Notes: generated by a model not told the origin, from the letters alone. A stretch of 64,000 bases of DNA from Candidatus Hydrogenedentes bacterium UBA2224 (GCA_002348185.1 DDYW01000021.1:24248-88247), one strand, 5' to 3'. Counted from the first letter of the stretch, positions 53,512-62,500 are shown. Numbers and translations are program-made.

Positions 53512-54483
53512 ATGACGATTCAATGCGAATTGTGTCCCAAGAACTGCCTGATTGCTCCGGGACAGAGCGGCGAATGCCGGATTCGCGTGAACCTCGACGG
53601 CCGGCTGGTCGCGGTCACGTACGGGCGGCCCTGCGCGGTGCATGTGGACCCCATCGAGAAGAAGCCCCTGTTTCACGTGCTGCCGGGGAGCACGATCCTG
53701 TCGCTGGCCACGGTGGGCTGCAACCTTCACTGCAAGAACTGCCAGAACTGGGAGATTTCTCAGGAGAACCCCGAGAATCTGCCCGCGAAGGAACTGGCCC
53801 CCGACGATATTCCCGGTCTGGCCCGGCAGCACGCGTGCCAGTCCATCGCGTACACGTACACCGAGCCGGTCGTCTTTTATGAATATACGATGGACGGGTG
53901 CAGGCAGGCGCATGACGCGGGGCTCACCACCGTGCTGGTTACGGCAGGCTACATCAATCGCGAACCGTTCGAGCGTCTGGCGCCGTACGTCGATGCGGCC
54001 AACATCGATCTCAAAGCCATGTCCGACGCGTTTTACCGGGAGATCTGCGAGGGGAGCCTCGCGCCGGTCCTGAGCACCCTGGAGAGCGCGAAAGCGGCGG
54101 GCATCTGGGTCGAAGTCACCAACCTGGTGATCCCCACCCTGAACGATTCGGAAGCCGAGCTCCGGAACCTCTGCCAGTGGGTCGCGGCCAACCTGGGACG
54201 CGAGACCCCGCTCCATTTTTCGCGGTTCCATCCCGCGTACCGTATGAAGAACCTGCCGCCGACCCCGTCGGAAACCCTGGACCGCGCGCGGGAGATCGCC
54301 CGGGCGGAAGGGTTGTATTATGTGTATATTGGAAACGTGACGCGGGCGGACGCGGAAAACACGTACTGCTCCGGGTGCGGCGCCTTGTTACTTGAACGGC
54401 AGCGCTACACGATTCTGGAAAACAGGCTGCGCGACGGAGCGTGCCCTTCGTGCGGCACGAAAGCACACGGATTATGGACCTAG
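53512..54483 (+). CDS. amrS: AmmeMemoRadiSam system radical SAM enzyme
   Basis: CELCPKNCLIAPGQSGECRIR N-terminal Cys motif, DPIEKKPLFH, GCNLHCKNCQNW (CxxxCxxC), C-terminal CSGCG...CPSCG. Confidence 0.9.
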   Translation: MTIQCELCPKNCLIAPGQSGECRIRVNLDGRLVAVTYGRPCAVHVDPIEKKPLFHVLPGSTILSLATVGCNLHCKNCQNWEISQENPENLPAKELAPDDIPGLARQHACQSIAYTYTEPVVFYEYTMDGCRQAHDAGLTTVLVTAGYINREPFERLAPYVDAANIDLKAMSDAFYREICEGSLAPVLSTLESAKAAGIWVEVTNLVIPTLNDSEAELRNLCQWVAANLGRETPLHFSRFHPAYRMKNLPPTPSETLDRAREIARAEGLYYVYIGNVTRADAENTYCSGCGALLLERQRYTILENRLRDGACPSCGTKAHGLWT

Positions 54484-54671
54484 CGCGACGCACATTCATG
54501 TACACGGTCCTGACGGCCGCGGCCGCTGTGCTCTGTCCGGTGTTGCGCCGGGCGCGTCGGGTGCTCGTTCGCGTCCGGTATGCGGAACGGCCGCGGCGCG
54601 GCGAATGCCCGGCCGTCCTTGCGCCGTTGACGCCGGAGGAGACGGCGCGTCCCGCCAAATGGGCGGGGTAG
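54474..54671 (+). CDS. candidate small ORF (65 aa) with an RR-hydrophobic N-terminus, bridging amrS and the Memo-AMMECR1 gene
   Basis: MDLARRTFMYTVLTAAAAVLCPVL... The third codon positions are mostly G/C as in real genes here. The ATG overlaps the amrS stop. No homology recognised. Confidence 0.3.
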   Translation: MDLARRTFMYTVLTAAAAVLCPVLRRARRVLVRVRYAERPRRGECPAVLAPLTPEETARPAKWAG

Positions 54672-54707
54672 GCCGCGCCCGGAACACCGAGGTTGGGGAA
54701 AGGACCT

Positions 54708-56312
54708 ATGGCAACGCATCCGTACAGGGCCGGGGCCGGGATCATCCTGGCCGTGGCGGCGGCGGCCATCGCCGTCTGGATGGCGCGCCGCGAAGGACTC
54801 GAAGAGGCGCCGCGCGAACCCCCGCAGCAGGTGCAGGAGGCCGAGATGCCCGAACAAGCTTCACACCCGAAGGCCGTGTTTGACTCGCCTCTGGCGGGGC
54901 GATGGTATCCGGCCAGCCCGCCGGTGCTGACGGAGATGCTGGATGAGCAGCTCGCGGCCGCGGAACAGAGGCCGCTGGACGGCGTCTGCGCGCTCATTCT
55001 GCCGCACGCGGGCTACCAGTACAGCGGTCCGGTGGCGGCGTACGGATTGAAGGCGGTGCGGGCCCGGCGCTATGCCCGCATCGTAATCCTGGGCCCGTCG
55101 CACCGCGTGCCGATGCGCGGGTACGCCAGCGTGCCCGGGGCCACGCATTACCGCACGCCCCTGGGCGAGATCCCGCTCGATGTGGCGTTCATCGAGGCGC
55201 TGCTCGAACACGGCATGTTTCGGCAGGTCGCCCAGGTCGAGGACCTCGAACACAGCGTTCAGATCGAAGTGCCGCTGATCCAGCATGCGCTGGGGGCGAC
55301 GCCGCTCGTGCCCATTGTGGTGGGGCATCTCACGCTGGCGGAGTCGCGCGAGATGGCGCGCATCCTGCGCGGCCTGGTGGATAACGACACCCTCGTGCTC
55401 GTGAGCAGCGATTTCACTCATTACGGGCCCAACTACGGGTACCTGCCGTTTAAGGACGACATCCGCGCGAATCTCGAACGTCTCGATATGGCGGCGTGGA
55501 ACGCCATCGAGTCCAAGGCGCCCGGGGTTTTTGAAACCTGGGTCGAGGACAGCGGCGCCACCATCTGCGGGACCTGCCCCATCCTGGTCCTGCTCTCGAT
55601 GCTCCCCGAAGACGCCCGGCCCCAGCTGCTCAAATACGACACGTCGGGCGCCATCACGAGCGACTACGAAAACTCCGTGAGCTATCTCAGCATCGCCTTT
55701 ACCGGCGCCTGGCGGGAAGGCGGCCTCATGTCCGACAGCGCCGGCACCGCGCTGCCCCTTTCGGAGGAGGATAAGGAACGTCTGCTCCGGCTTGCCCGCG
55801 AAACCCTGCACACCTACGTCGCCGCGGGGAAAATGCCCACCCCCGAAGAGCTGGGGGTTGAGATCACCCCTGCCATGAGCCAGACCATGGGCGCGTTCGT
55901 CACGCTGCACGCGCACGGGAGGCTCCGCGGATGCATTGGCGAGATTGAGCCCCGCCGGCCCCTGTATCAGGCCGTCATGGCCAACGCTATCAACGCCGGA
56001 CTCAAGGACTATCGGTTCCCGAGCGTCACGGCGGACGAACTCCCCGAACTGGACTTCGAGATCTCCGCCCTGACGCCCCCACACCCCGTCGACGGTCCCG
56101 AACGCATCGTTATCGGCCGTCACGGCATGACCGTCGAGAAAGGCGGCCGCCGCGCCGTGTTCCTGCCCCAGGTCGCCCCCGAACAGGGCTGGGACCGCGA
56201 CACCACCCTCAACCATCTCTGCATGAAGGCGGGGTTGCCTCCGGACGCGTGGCGGCAAGGCGCCGCCTTCACGGTGTTTGAAGCCGTCGTGTTTGGCGAG
56301 GAGCGAGGATGA
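54708..56312 (+). CDS. membrane-anchored fusion of AmmeMemoRadiSam protein B (Memo family) and protein A (AMMECR1 family)
   Basis: TM helix GAGIILAVAAAAIAVWM. Memo part: ALILPHAGYQYSGPVAAYG, ILGPSH, SSDFTHYG. AMMECR1 part: GAFVTLHAHGRLRGCIGE, VFLPQVAPEQGW. GGGGAAAGGA box before the ATG at 54708. Confidence 0.9.
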   Translation: MATHPYRAGAGIILAVAAAAIAVWMARREGLEEAPREPPQQVQEAEMPEQASHPKAVFDSPLAGRWYPASPPVLTEMLDEQLAAAEQRPLDGVCALILPHAGYQYSGPVAAYGLKAVRARRYARIVILGPSHRVPMRGYASVPGATHYRTPLGEIPLDVAFIEALLEHGMFRQVAQVEDLEHSVQIEVPLIQHALGATPLVPIVVGHLTLAESREMARILRGLVDNDTLVLVSSDFTHYGPNYGYLPFKDDIRANLERLDMAAWNAIESKAPGVFETWVEDSGATICGTCPILVLLSMLPEDARPQLLKYDTSGAITSDYENSVSYLSIAFTGAWREGGLMSDSAGTALPLSEEDKERLLRLARETLHTYVAAGKMPTPEELGVEITPAMSQTMGAFVTLHAHGRLRGCIGEIEPRRPLYQAVMANAINAGLKDYRFPSVTADELPELDFEISALTPPHPVDGPERIVIGRHGMTVEKGGRRAVFLPQVAPEQGWDRDTTLNHLCMKAGLPPDAWRQGAAFTVFEAVVFGEERG

Positions 56313-59300
56313 GACCGGGCCGCGCCGCGGTCATATTCTCGCTGGGGTTCTTCGCCATCGCGGCGCAAACGCTGCTGTTTCGCCAGTTCCTGACCGCATT
56401 CGAGGGCAATGAACTCGCCCTCGGGGTGTTTTTCTGTTCGTGGCTGCTCTGGGTCACCGTGGGTGCGTGGCTGGCCCGCGCCGTGCGTCCCCTGGCCGCT
56501 GCGCTGAGCGGGCGTTTCCGGGGCATCGCGCTCCTCTATCTGCCCGCGTTCGTGGTTCAATACGTTCTGATCGGCCAAGCGCGGGAACTCGCCGGGGTGG
56601 CGCCCTACGAGCAGTTCCCGCTGCTGGCCATGATTGGCGTGTGTGTTGTTGCGAACAGCCCGGTCAGCCTGCTCACCGGCGCGCTGTTCACGTGGGCCTG
56701 CCGCTGGGCCGCCGGCGCCGGGGAGGACTCGCCGGACGTTGCCCTGACTCCCGCCCGGGTGTACATGCTGGAAGCGTTGGGGGCCGCGGCGGGCGGAATC
56801 TGGGCTACGCTGTGGCTCGCGAACGGTGTGCCGGTCGAGACCGTGTTTCTGCTGTCGGCCATCGTCGTGGTTGCCGCGGGGCTTCAGCCAAACCTCGGAG
56901 GCCTGGTGCGCGCCGCCGGCGTGGCCGCCCTGGCGCTGGCGATCGTCCTGGGCGCGGGCGAGCTTTGGTCCGCGCACACCCACCAGCGGCAATGGGGCCG
57001 TCTCATTCCCGGGGGGTACGAGGGCCGCGTCGCTACCGCGCAAGGCGAGTACCTCTACGGCGAACACGACGGGCAGTTCACCGTCATGACCTGGGGCAGC
57101 GTGTGCGAGACGCCGTTTACGCTCTCGCAGGGCGCGGAAGATGCCGCCGCCATCCTGCCGCAATGCCCGCAGGCGCGCCGCGTGCTTGTGCTGGGCGCGG
57201 GCGCCTATCCGCTGTGCACCGTGCTGTGCAGTCTGCCGCAGATTGAGCGGGTCGCCTGGTTCCATCCGGATCCCGCGTATCCGCCCCGGCTGGCGCAGTT
57301 GCTGCGCGAGCATGGGCACACCGTGCCCGAGAAGCTTCTGCCCTACGGCAGCGATGCGCGCACCTGGCTCCAGCACGCCGCTGATCAATACGATGTGGTG
57401 ATCCTGAGCCTGCCGGACACCACGACGCTCGTGCTGAACCGGTATTCGACCGCCGAGTTTTTCGCCGAAGTAAAGCGCGCCCTGTCGCCCGGCGGCGTGC
57501 TGGCCACGCGCGTGCCCGGCGGCGCCAACTACCTCGCCAGCGAATCCGCCGTTCTGGGGCTGTCGATGATGACGACCCTCGAAGCCGCGTTCCGGAACAC
57601 CGCGCTCAAACCCGGTGAATCTTCCTGGTTTTTCGCGTCGGACGGCGACAGCCTGATGAACGCGCCGATGCCCTTGGCCCGCCGCTGGATGGGCATCGAA
57701 GGCGCGGAAGCCTGGTATCCCGCCGAAGCTGTGCGCGATTTTTACCGGAGAGGCCGCGTGATGCGGCAACTCGACGCGTACCAGGCCGCCCGCGCCTCCG
57801 TGCCTTCCGACGTGCTGCTCAACACCGACCACAACCCCCGCGCGCTGCTTTTCGGCATCCTGCTGGAACTCCGGCGCGCCGGGTTGCGCCCGGCGGAGAC
57901 CGTACCGCCGCTGCTCTGGGGCGGCGTCTATCTTGTGGCCGCCGGGCTGCTCGTGGCCGCCGCGGGCCGTATCGTGTTTCTCGTCAAACACGGCGGCTCG
58001 GGCGTCCCCGCCGTCTTTGACACGCACCTGCTGATCGCAACGACCGGCCTGGCCAGCATGGCCCTGACCACCGTGCTCCTGTTTTTTTATCAGACGCGGC
58101 ACGGGGCCCTGTTTCTGCTGATCGGCCTCATCGCCGCGTTGGTGATGTTCGGCGCCTGGCTGGGAAGCCTGGTCCTGGGTCGGCTCCTGGCGCGTTGGGG
58201 CGCCGAACCCCGCCTGGCCCTGCCGGGATTGCTCGCGATACATGCCCTCGCGCTCAGCGGACTTCTGTGGATGGGCCCGGACGCGTCCGTGGGGCTCTTT
58301 CTGGCCGCGTTTTTCGTGTGTGGGCTGCTTACGGGGGCCTATTTTCCGGTGGGAGCGCTGCGTCTGGCGAATGCGGGCCAGCCGCCCGACGCTTCCGGCG
58401 CGCGGCTCGAAGCGTTTGACCACCTCGGCGGCGCGGCGGGGGCCGCCCTCACCGGGCTGGTGTTCTTGCCGTTTTTCGGCGCACCCCGCACGCTGGCCCT
58501 GCTCGCGGGCTGTCTCGCGCTGAATGTCCCCCCGCTGTTGCTGGGACGGCGTGCACGCCGGGTGCGTCCCGCGCCGGGGGACCGGTTTGACCGGCTGGTC
58601 CGTCCGGCCGCGTACACGCTGGCGACCCTCGCGGCGCTCGTGATCACGGCATCCAACATACTCGCGGTGTCCGGGACGGCACGGGAATCGGCGCAACTGC
58701 TTGACGAGGTCCGTTTGCTGGCCGGACCGGCCGCCCCGCTCGAGTCGGTGTCCACCACGCTCCCGGATGGCGCGGCCTTTACGTATTTCAAGGAAACCGG
58801 ACCCGAGGGCGAGACCGCGGGGTATCTGTTCGACACGCGCGTGCTCGCGGGCGATGTTTATGGATACGGCGGCCCGCTGGTGCTGGCCGTGTCCGTCGAT
58901 CCGGCGGGCATCGTGCGCGATTACCGCATCCTGCACTCCCTGGAAACCCCGGTGTATCTCGATTTCGTGCGGTCCTGGCGGCAGGAGTTGGTCGGGAAAA
59001 ACATCTTTGAAGCGCAACCCTTTGAGCAAGTCGACGCGCTGAGCGGGGCCACACTGACCTGCAACGCGCTGATGGCCGCCCTCGAGCAGGCCGGCCACCG
59101 GTTTGCGCTCGACGTGCTCGGCAAATCAGTGGCCCCGGGAAGCCCGGGCAGGCGGCCCGCTGGCGAGTGGACCGGCTTGGCCTGGCTCGCCGGATTGTCT
59201 CTGGCCGCCATGCTCGCGCGCCGCTGGCCCAACCCCTGGGTGCGTCGGGGCATCCTCGCGGCATCGCTGATCATCTGCGGCGGACACTTCAATGTCCAGT

Positions 59301-59866
59301 ACTCCACCCAGCAGGCCGCCAGCCTGGCGACGGGCGCTCTGCCCCCCTGGACCCTGTCCGCGCCGGTATTCCTGGTCCTCGTGCTGCCCCTGCTCACGGT
59401 TCTGTTCGGGAACTTCTATTGCGGCTACCTGTGCCCGTTCGGGGCGGCGCAAGAGGCCATGGAAGAGGTGACGCGGGGAACCGTGGCCGTCGACCCGTCC
59501 AAAGAGGTCTGGCGCTACGCGCGCGCCGTAAAATACCTGCTGCTCTTCCTGCTCGCCCTGCTGTATGCCGTGCACCGCGACGCCGCCGTGCTTCAGGCCG
59601 ATCCGTTGATCACCATTTTCAGCGGCATGCCGGGCCGGTTCGTGCTTTATCTGGGTCTCGGGACGCTGGTGCTTTCCCTGACGTTTCGCCGGTTCTGGTG
59701 CCGGAATCTCTGTCCGGCCGGGGCATTTCTGTCGCTGTGCAACGGCGTTCGCGTGTTCCGGCGGCTTCGTCCTGCCGTCCAGCCCGCGAAATGTCCCCTC
59801 GGCGTGCGCACGGGAACCGAATTCGACTGCATTTGCTGCGACAGGTGCCGCCATGAAAGCCGCTGA
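56309..59866 (+). CDS. 1185-aa fusion: polytopic membrane domain + spermidine-synthase-like Rossmann domain + second TM block + FMN_bind domain + NapH/NosR-type polyferredoxin
   Basis: FFAIAAQTLLFRQFLTAFEGNELALGV (membrane spermidine-synthase-like N-terminus). VLVLGAGAY...DVVILSLPD...LSPGGVLA. GYGGPLVLAVSVD...VDALSGATLT (flavinylation motif, about 59042-59053). YCGYLCPFG and WCRNLCPAG (CX3CP), terminal CICCDRC. ATGA overlap with the upstream stop. Confidence 0.85.
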   Translation: MRPGRAAVIFSLGFFAIAAQTLLFRQFLTAFEGNELALGVFFCSWLLWVTVGAWLARAVRPLAAALSGRFRGIALLYLPAFVVQYVLIGQARELAGVAPYEQFPLLAMIGVCVVANSPVSLLTGALFTWACRWAAGAGEDSPDVALTPARVYMLEALGAAAGGIWATLWLANGVPVETVFLLSAIVVVAAGLQPNLGGLVRAAGVAALALAIVLGAGELWSAHTHQRQWGRLIPGGYEGRVATAQGEYLYGEHDGQFTVMTWGSVCETPFTLSQGAEDAAAILPQCPQARRVLVLGAGAYPLCTVLCSLPQIERVAWFHPDPAYPPRLAQLLREHGHTVPEKLLPYGSDARTWLQHAADQYDVVILSLPDTTTLVLNRYSTAEFFAEVKRALSPGGVLATRVPGGANYLASESAVLGLSMMTTLEAAFRNTALKPGESSWFFASDGDSLMNAPMPLARRWMGIEGAEAWYPAEAVRDFYRRGRVMRQLDAYQAARASVPSDVLLNTDHNPRALLFGILLELRRAGLRPAETVPPLLWGGVYLVAAGLLVAAAGRIVFLVKHGGSGVPAVFDTHLLIATTGLASMALTTVLLFFYQTRHGALFLLIGLIAALVMFGAWLGSLVLGRLLARWGAEPRLALPGLLAIHALALSGLLWMGPDASVGLFLAAFFVCGLLTGAYFPVGALRLANAGQPPDASGARLEAFDHLGGAAGAALTGLVFLPFFGAPRTLALLAGCLALNVPPLLLGRRARRVRPAPGDRFDRLVRPAAYTLATLAALVITASNILAVSGTARESAQLLDEVRLLAGPAAPLESVSTTLPDGAAFTYFKETGPEGETAGYLFDTRVLAGDVYGYGGPLVLAVSVDPAGIVRDYRILHSLETPVYLDFVRSWRQELVGKNIFEAQPFEQVDALSGATLTCNALMAALEQAGHRFALDVLGKSVAPGSPGRRPAGEWTGLAWLAGLSLAAMLARRWPNPWVRRGILAASLIICGGHFNVQYSTQQAASLATGALPPWTLSAPVFLVLVLPLLTVLFGNFYCGYLCPFGAAQEAMEEVTRGTVAVDPSKEVWRYARAVKYLLLFLLALLYAVHRDAAVLQADPLITIFSGMPGRFVLYLGLGTLVLSLTFRRFWCRNLCPAGAFLSLCNGVRVFRRLRPAVQPAKCPLGVRTGTEFDCICCDRCRHESR

Positions 59867-60116
59867 CGTCCTGTTTCTGGTCTGCGTGGCCGCGGTGGCG
59901 GCGCTGTTTGTGGCCGCGACCCTGGCGCATACCGAAACGGCCGCCTCGCCCCCGGCCGCCCCGGCGGCGCCCGGCGGAACCGGCCGTCCCCGCGACCTCG
60001 ACCTCGAGCGTATCCGCGAAATGATCGAGCGCGGCGACTTGTCCGGACGTGAGGCGGAGTTTTACCGCGAAGCGCCCGCCGGACCGCAAAACGAAACCGC
60101 CTCCCCACCGGAGTGA
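59853..60116 (+). CDS. small single-pass membrane protein (87 aa)
   Basis: N-terminal helix VLFLVCVAAVAALFVAATLA, a Pro/Ala linker, then DLERIREMIERGDLSGREAEFYRE. It overlaps the upstream stop by 14 nt. Confidence 0.5.
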   Translation: MKAADVLFLVCVAAVAALFVAATLAHTETAASPPAAPAAPGGTGRPRDLDLERIREMIERGDLSGREAEFYREAPAGPQNETASPPE

Positions 60117-60142
60117 GGAGGCGGCTCAGGTCCGGATTCAGG

Positions 60143-62266
60143 TCACAGGATGCCGAGGGCGGCGTTGATCACCATCTGCACATCAACGGCATTTACGCCA
60201 TCCAGGTCATTCACGTCTGCGTCGCGGCCCTCGATGTCCAGCCCCAGCGCGGCGTTGATCACGAGCTGCACATCGACGGCATCCACGTCGCCGTCGCGGT
60301 CGATGTCGCACGCGGGCACGCTCACGTCGAACACGCGGGTCAGGGCGTTGTTGGCCGGGTTCGGGTCGGCCGGGACATCGCCTTCCGAGTCGGCGATGGC
60401 CGTCACTGAATAGTCTTCGCCCTTGGGAAGCGTTGCCGGCCGCGGCACCACATAGCTCGCACCGGCGTCCAGGGCGGGTACGGGGTACGTCAACGGCGTG
60501 GCGTCGCCCGTCAGTTCGATGGAAAGCACGGAGGGCCCGGCATTCCCCAGGCCCACGTTCAGAACGGTCACCTGGATCGTGAATTCTTCGTCCGGCAGAG
60601 GCGCCGCGGGAAGCAGCGTCACGGCGCTGACCGCGAGATCGGGCAGCCGGATGAGTTCGTCGGCGCCCATGTCGTAATCCGAGCCGTCGCCCGGCTCAGG
60701 CGGTCCCGTCGGGCCGTCATTGAGCCCGTCGTATCCCCGGGCGTCGCCGTCGATGTCCGTCGTGACGGCGCCGTAGGTGCTCTCACTGGCGTCGCGGCCC
60801 GTGTCCAGGCACGGCGACGTGTCCTGCAGGCGCCAGTTCAGCACTTCGTATGCGCGCGGCGCCGTGGCCGCCCCGCCCCGGGTGACGTCCGCCCAGACGG
60901 TAATGGTGGCGGCATCGTTGGCCACGATCAGGTACCCGCAGGGCGGGTCATACTGATCGACCGGCGCGACCTGCAGGAGTTGGCCCGCCAACGTGCCGGG
61001 CAGGAACGCGCCCGACTCGACGGTCACCGTGGACTGGCAGGTGGCGGCATCGTAGGCCAGCGCGCTGATCGTGCCGGAGTATCCTGGAAGAAACAGAGGA
61101 TCCGCGTCGATGTTCGCGGTGCCGGCCAGGCCGCCCGCCACGTCGTTGTAACTGTACGAGCGTGTCGACGCGTAGAAATCCATCTCATTGGGCGTGCCGT
61201 CGTCTTTGAGGCCTTCCCAGAGGATGCAGTTGGTCATGCGGAAGGCCGTGCTTTTGCCATAGAGGTTGCCGCCGGAAAACGCGGAACCGGCATGACACCA
61301 GTTCCGGCGCAGCGTGCAGTTCGTCATAATCAGATCGCCGTCGGTCCACTTGGAAATTGCCCCGCCGTAGAGCGAGGTGTTGCCGGTAAACACGCAGTTC
61401 AGGATCGTCAAGTCTCCGTCCTCGCTCGAAATTCCTCCGCCATGGCCGCTGATCTCGTTGCCCACAAACCGGCATCCGGAAAACGTGGCCGACGAATCGC
61501 CCGCCATATAGACCCCCGCGCCATCCTGCCACGCCTCGTTGCTGGCGAAGGTGCAATCACTGAACGTCAGGTCGGTCGAGGCGCCCTGGGCATTCACACC
61601 GCCGCCGTTGTCGTCAGCTTCATTGCCCGCGAAGAGGCACCGCACAATCGTGGCGGTGCTGTTCGCGGCGTACAAGCCGCCGCCGCCGGAATCCGTGGCC
61701 TCATTGTCTAGAAACCGGCAATCGCGTATTACCGCAGACGACCCGGAGAGGCCCAGACCCCCGCCACTGCTGCCCGCATTCGCCTGAAATGTGCAGTTTG
61801 AGACGGTGGGACTGGTGTTCTCGCATTGCATCCCGCCGCCCCACGACGTCGTCGTGGGCACGCAGTGCGTGATCGTAAAACCATCGATAATAGCGTTATT
61901 CGCCCCCGTTACCCCGCGGCGGGCATTCTCGCCGTCAATGATCGTCACATTGGCCTGCGGATCGCGCAGATCAAACTGGTCCGCGCTCTCGCTGCCCGCA
62001 AACCCGCCGTAGATCGCCACGTCGGTGGCCATGGCCACCACCGGACTGGCCGCACTGGTGTAGGTACCCGCGGCCACCCACACCTGGCCGCCGCCCGGGC
62101 CCGCCGCGTCCACCCCGCTTTGAATGTTTGTGAACGCCGTGGCCCAGGTGGTTCCGTCCTCCACGCCCGATACGTTGTCCGCATCGACCAGCCAAATCGC
62201 CCCCGATGCCGACAGAGAGACCGCCATTGCCGCCGCCAGACACACCGTCCATGCCGCTGCCTTCAT
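60143..62266 (-). CDS. secreted right-handed parallel beta-helix protein with a CARDB-like domain and a C-terminal dockerin-type repeat pair
   Basis: Signal peptide MKAAAWTVCLAAAMAVSLSASG. Repeated NCxFxxNxA..GGG coils. C-terminal DIDRDGDVDAVDVQLVINAALG / DVNDLDGVNAVDVQMVINAALG. Confidence 0.85.
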   Translation of the reverse strand: MKAAAWTVCLAAAMAVSLSASGAIWLVDADNVSGVEDGTTWATAFTNIQSGVDAAGPGGGQVWVAAGTYTSAASPVVAMATDVAIYGGFAGSESADQFDLRDPQANVTIIDGENARRGVTGANNAIIDGFTITHCVPTTTSWGGGMQCENTSPTVSNCTFQANAGSSGGGLGLSGSSAVIRDCRFLDNEATDSGGGGLYAANSTATIVRCLFAGNEADDNGGGVNAQGASTDLTFSDCTFASNEAWQDGAGVYMAGDSSATFSGCRFVGNEISGHGGGISSEDGDLTILNCVFTGNTSLYGGAISKWTDGDLIMTNCTLRRNWCHAGSAFSGGNLYGKSTAFRMTNCILWEGLKDDGTPNEMDFYASTRSYSYNDVAGGLAGTANIDADPLFLPGYSGTISALAYDAATCQSTVTVESGAFLPGTLAGQLLQVAPVDQYDPPCGYLIVANDAATITVWADVTRGGAATAPRAYEVLNWRLQDTSPCLDTGRDASESTYGAVTTDIDGDARGYDGLNDGPTGPPEPGDGSDYDMGADELIRLPDLAVSAVTLLPAAPLPDEEFTIQVTVLNVGLGNAGPSVLSIELTGDATPLTYPVPALDAGASYVVPRPATLPKGEDYSVTAIADSEGDVPADPNPANNALTRVFDVSVPACDIDRDGDVDAVDVQLVINAALGLDIEGRDADVNDLDGVNAVDVQMVINAALGIL

Positions 62267-62500
62267 CGTAGATCCCTTTCCCTGACTCGCAGATCCCCTC
62301 GTGTGAGCCGCACAGATCCCCAAGATGCCCCTCTAATCCACCGGAAGAGTATCACAGATGGCGCAAAAAGCGAACACGGTTTTGCCTGACCACCTGGCCC
62401 ACTGGGAGTTCGAAGGGCAGCCGTGCGACGATGGCACGCTTGTGCTTGTGAAGGCCGAAACGCTATTCTCGCCACGACCCGATGGACAGGAGAATCTACC

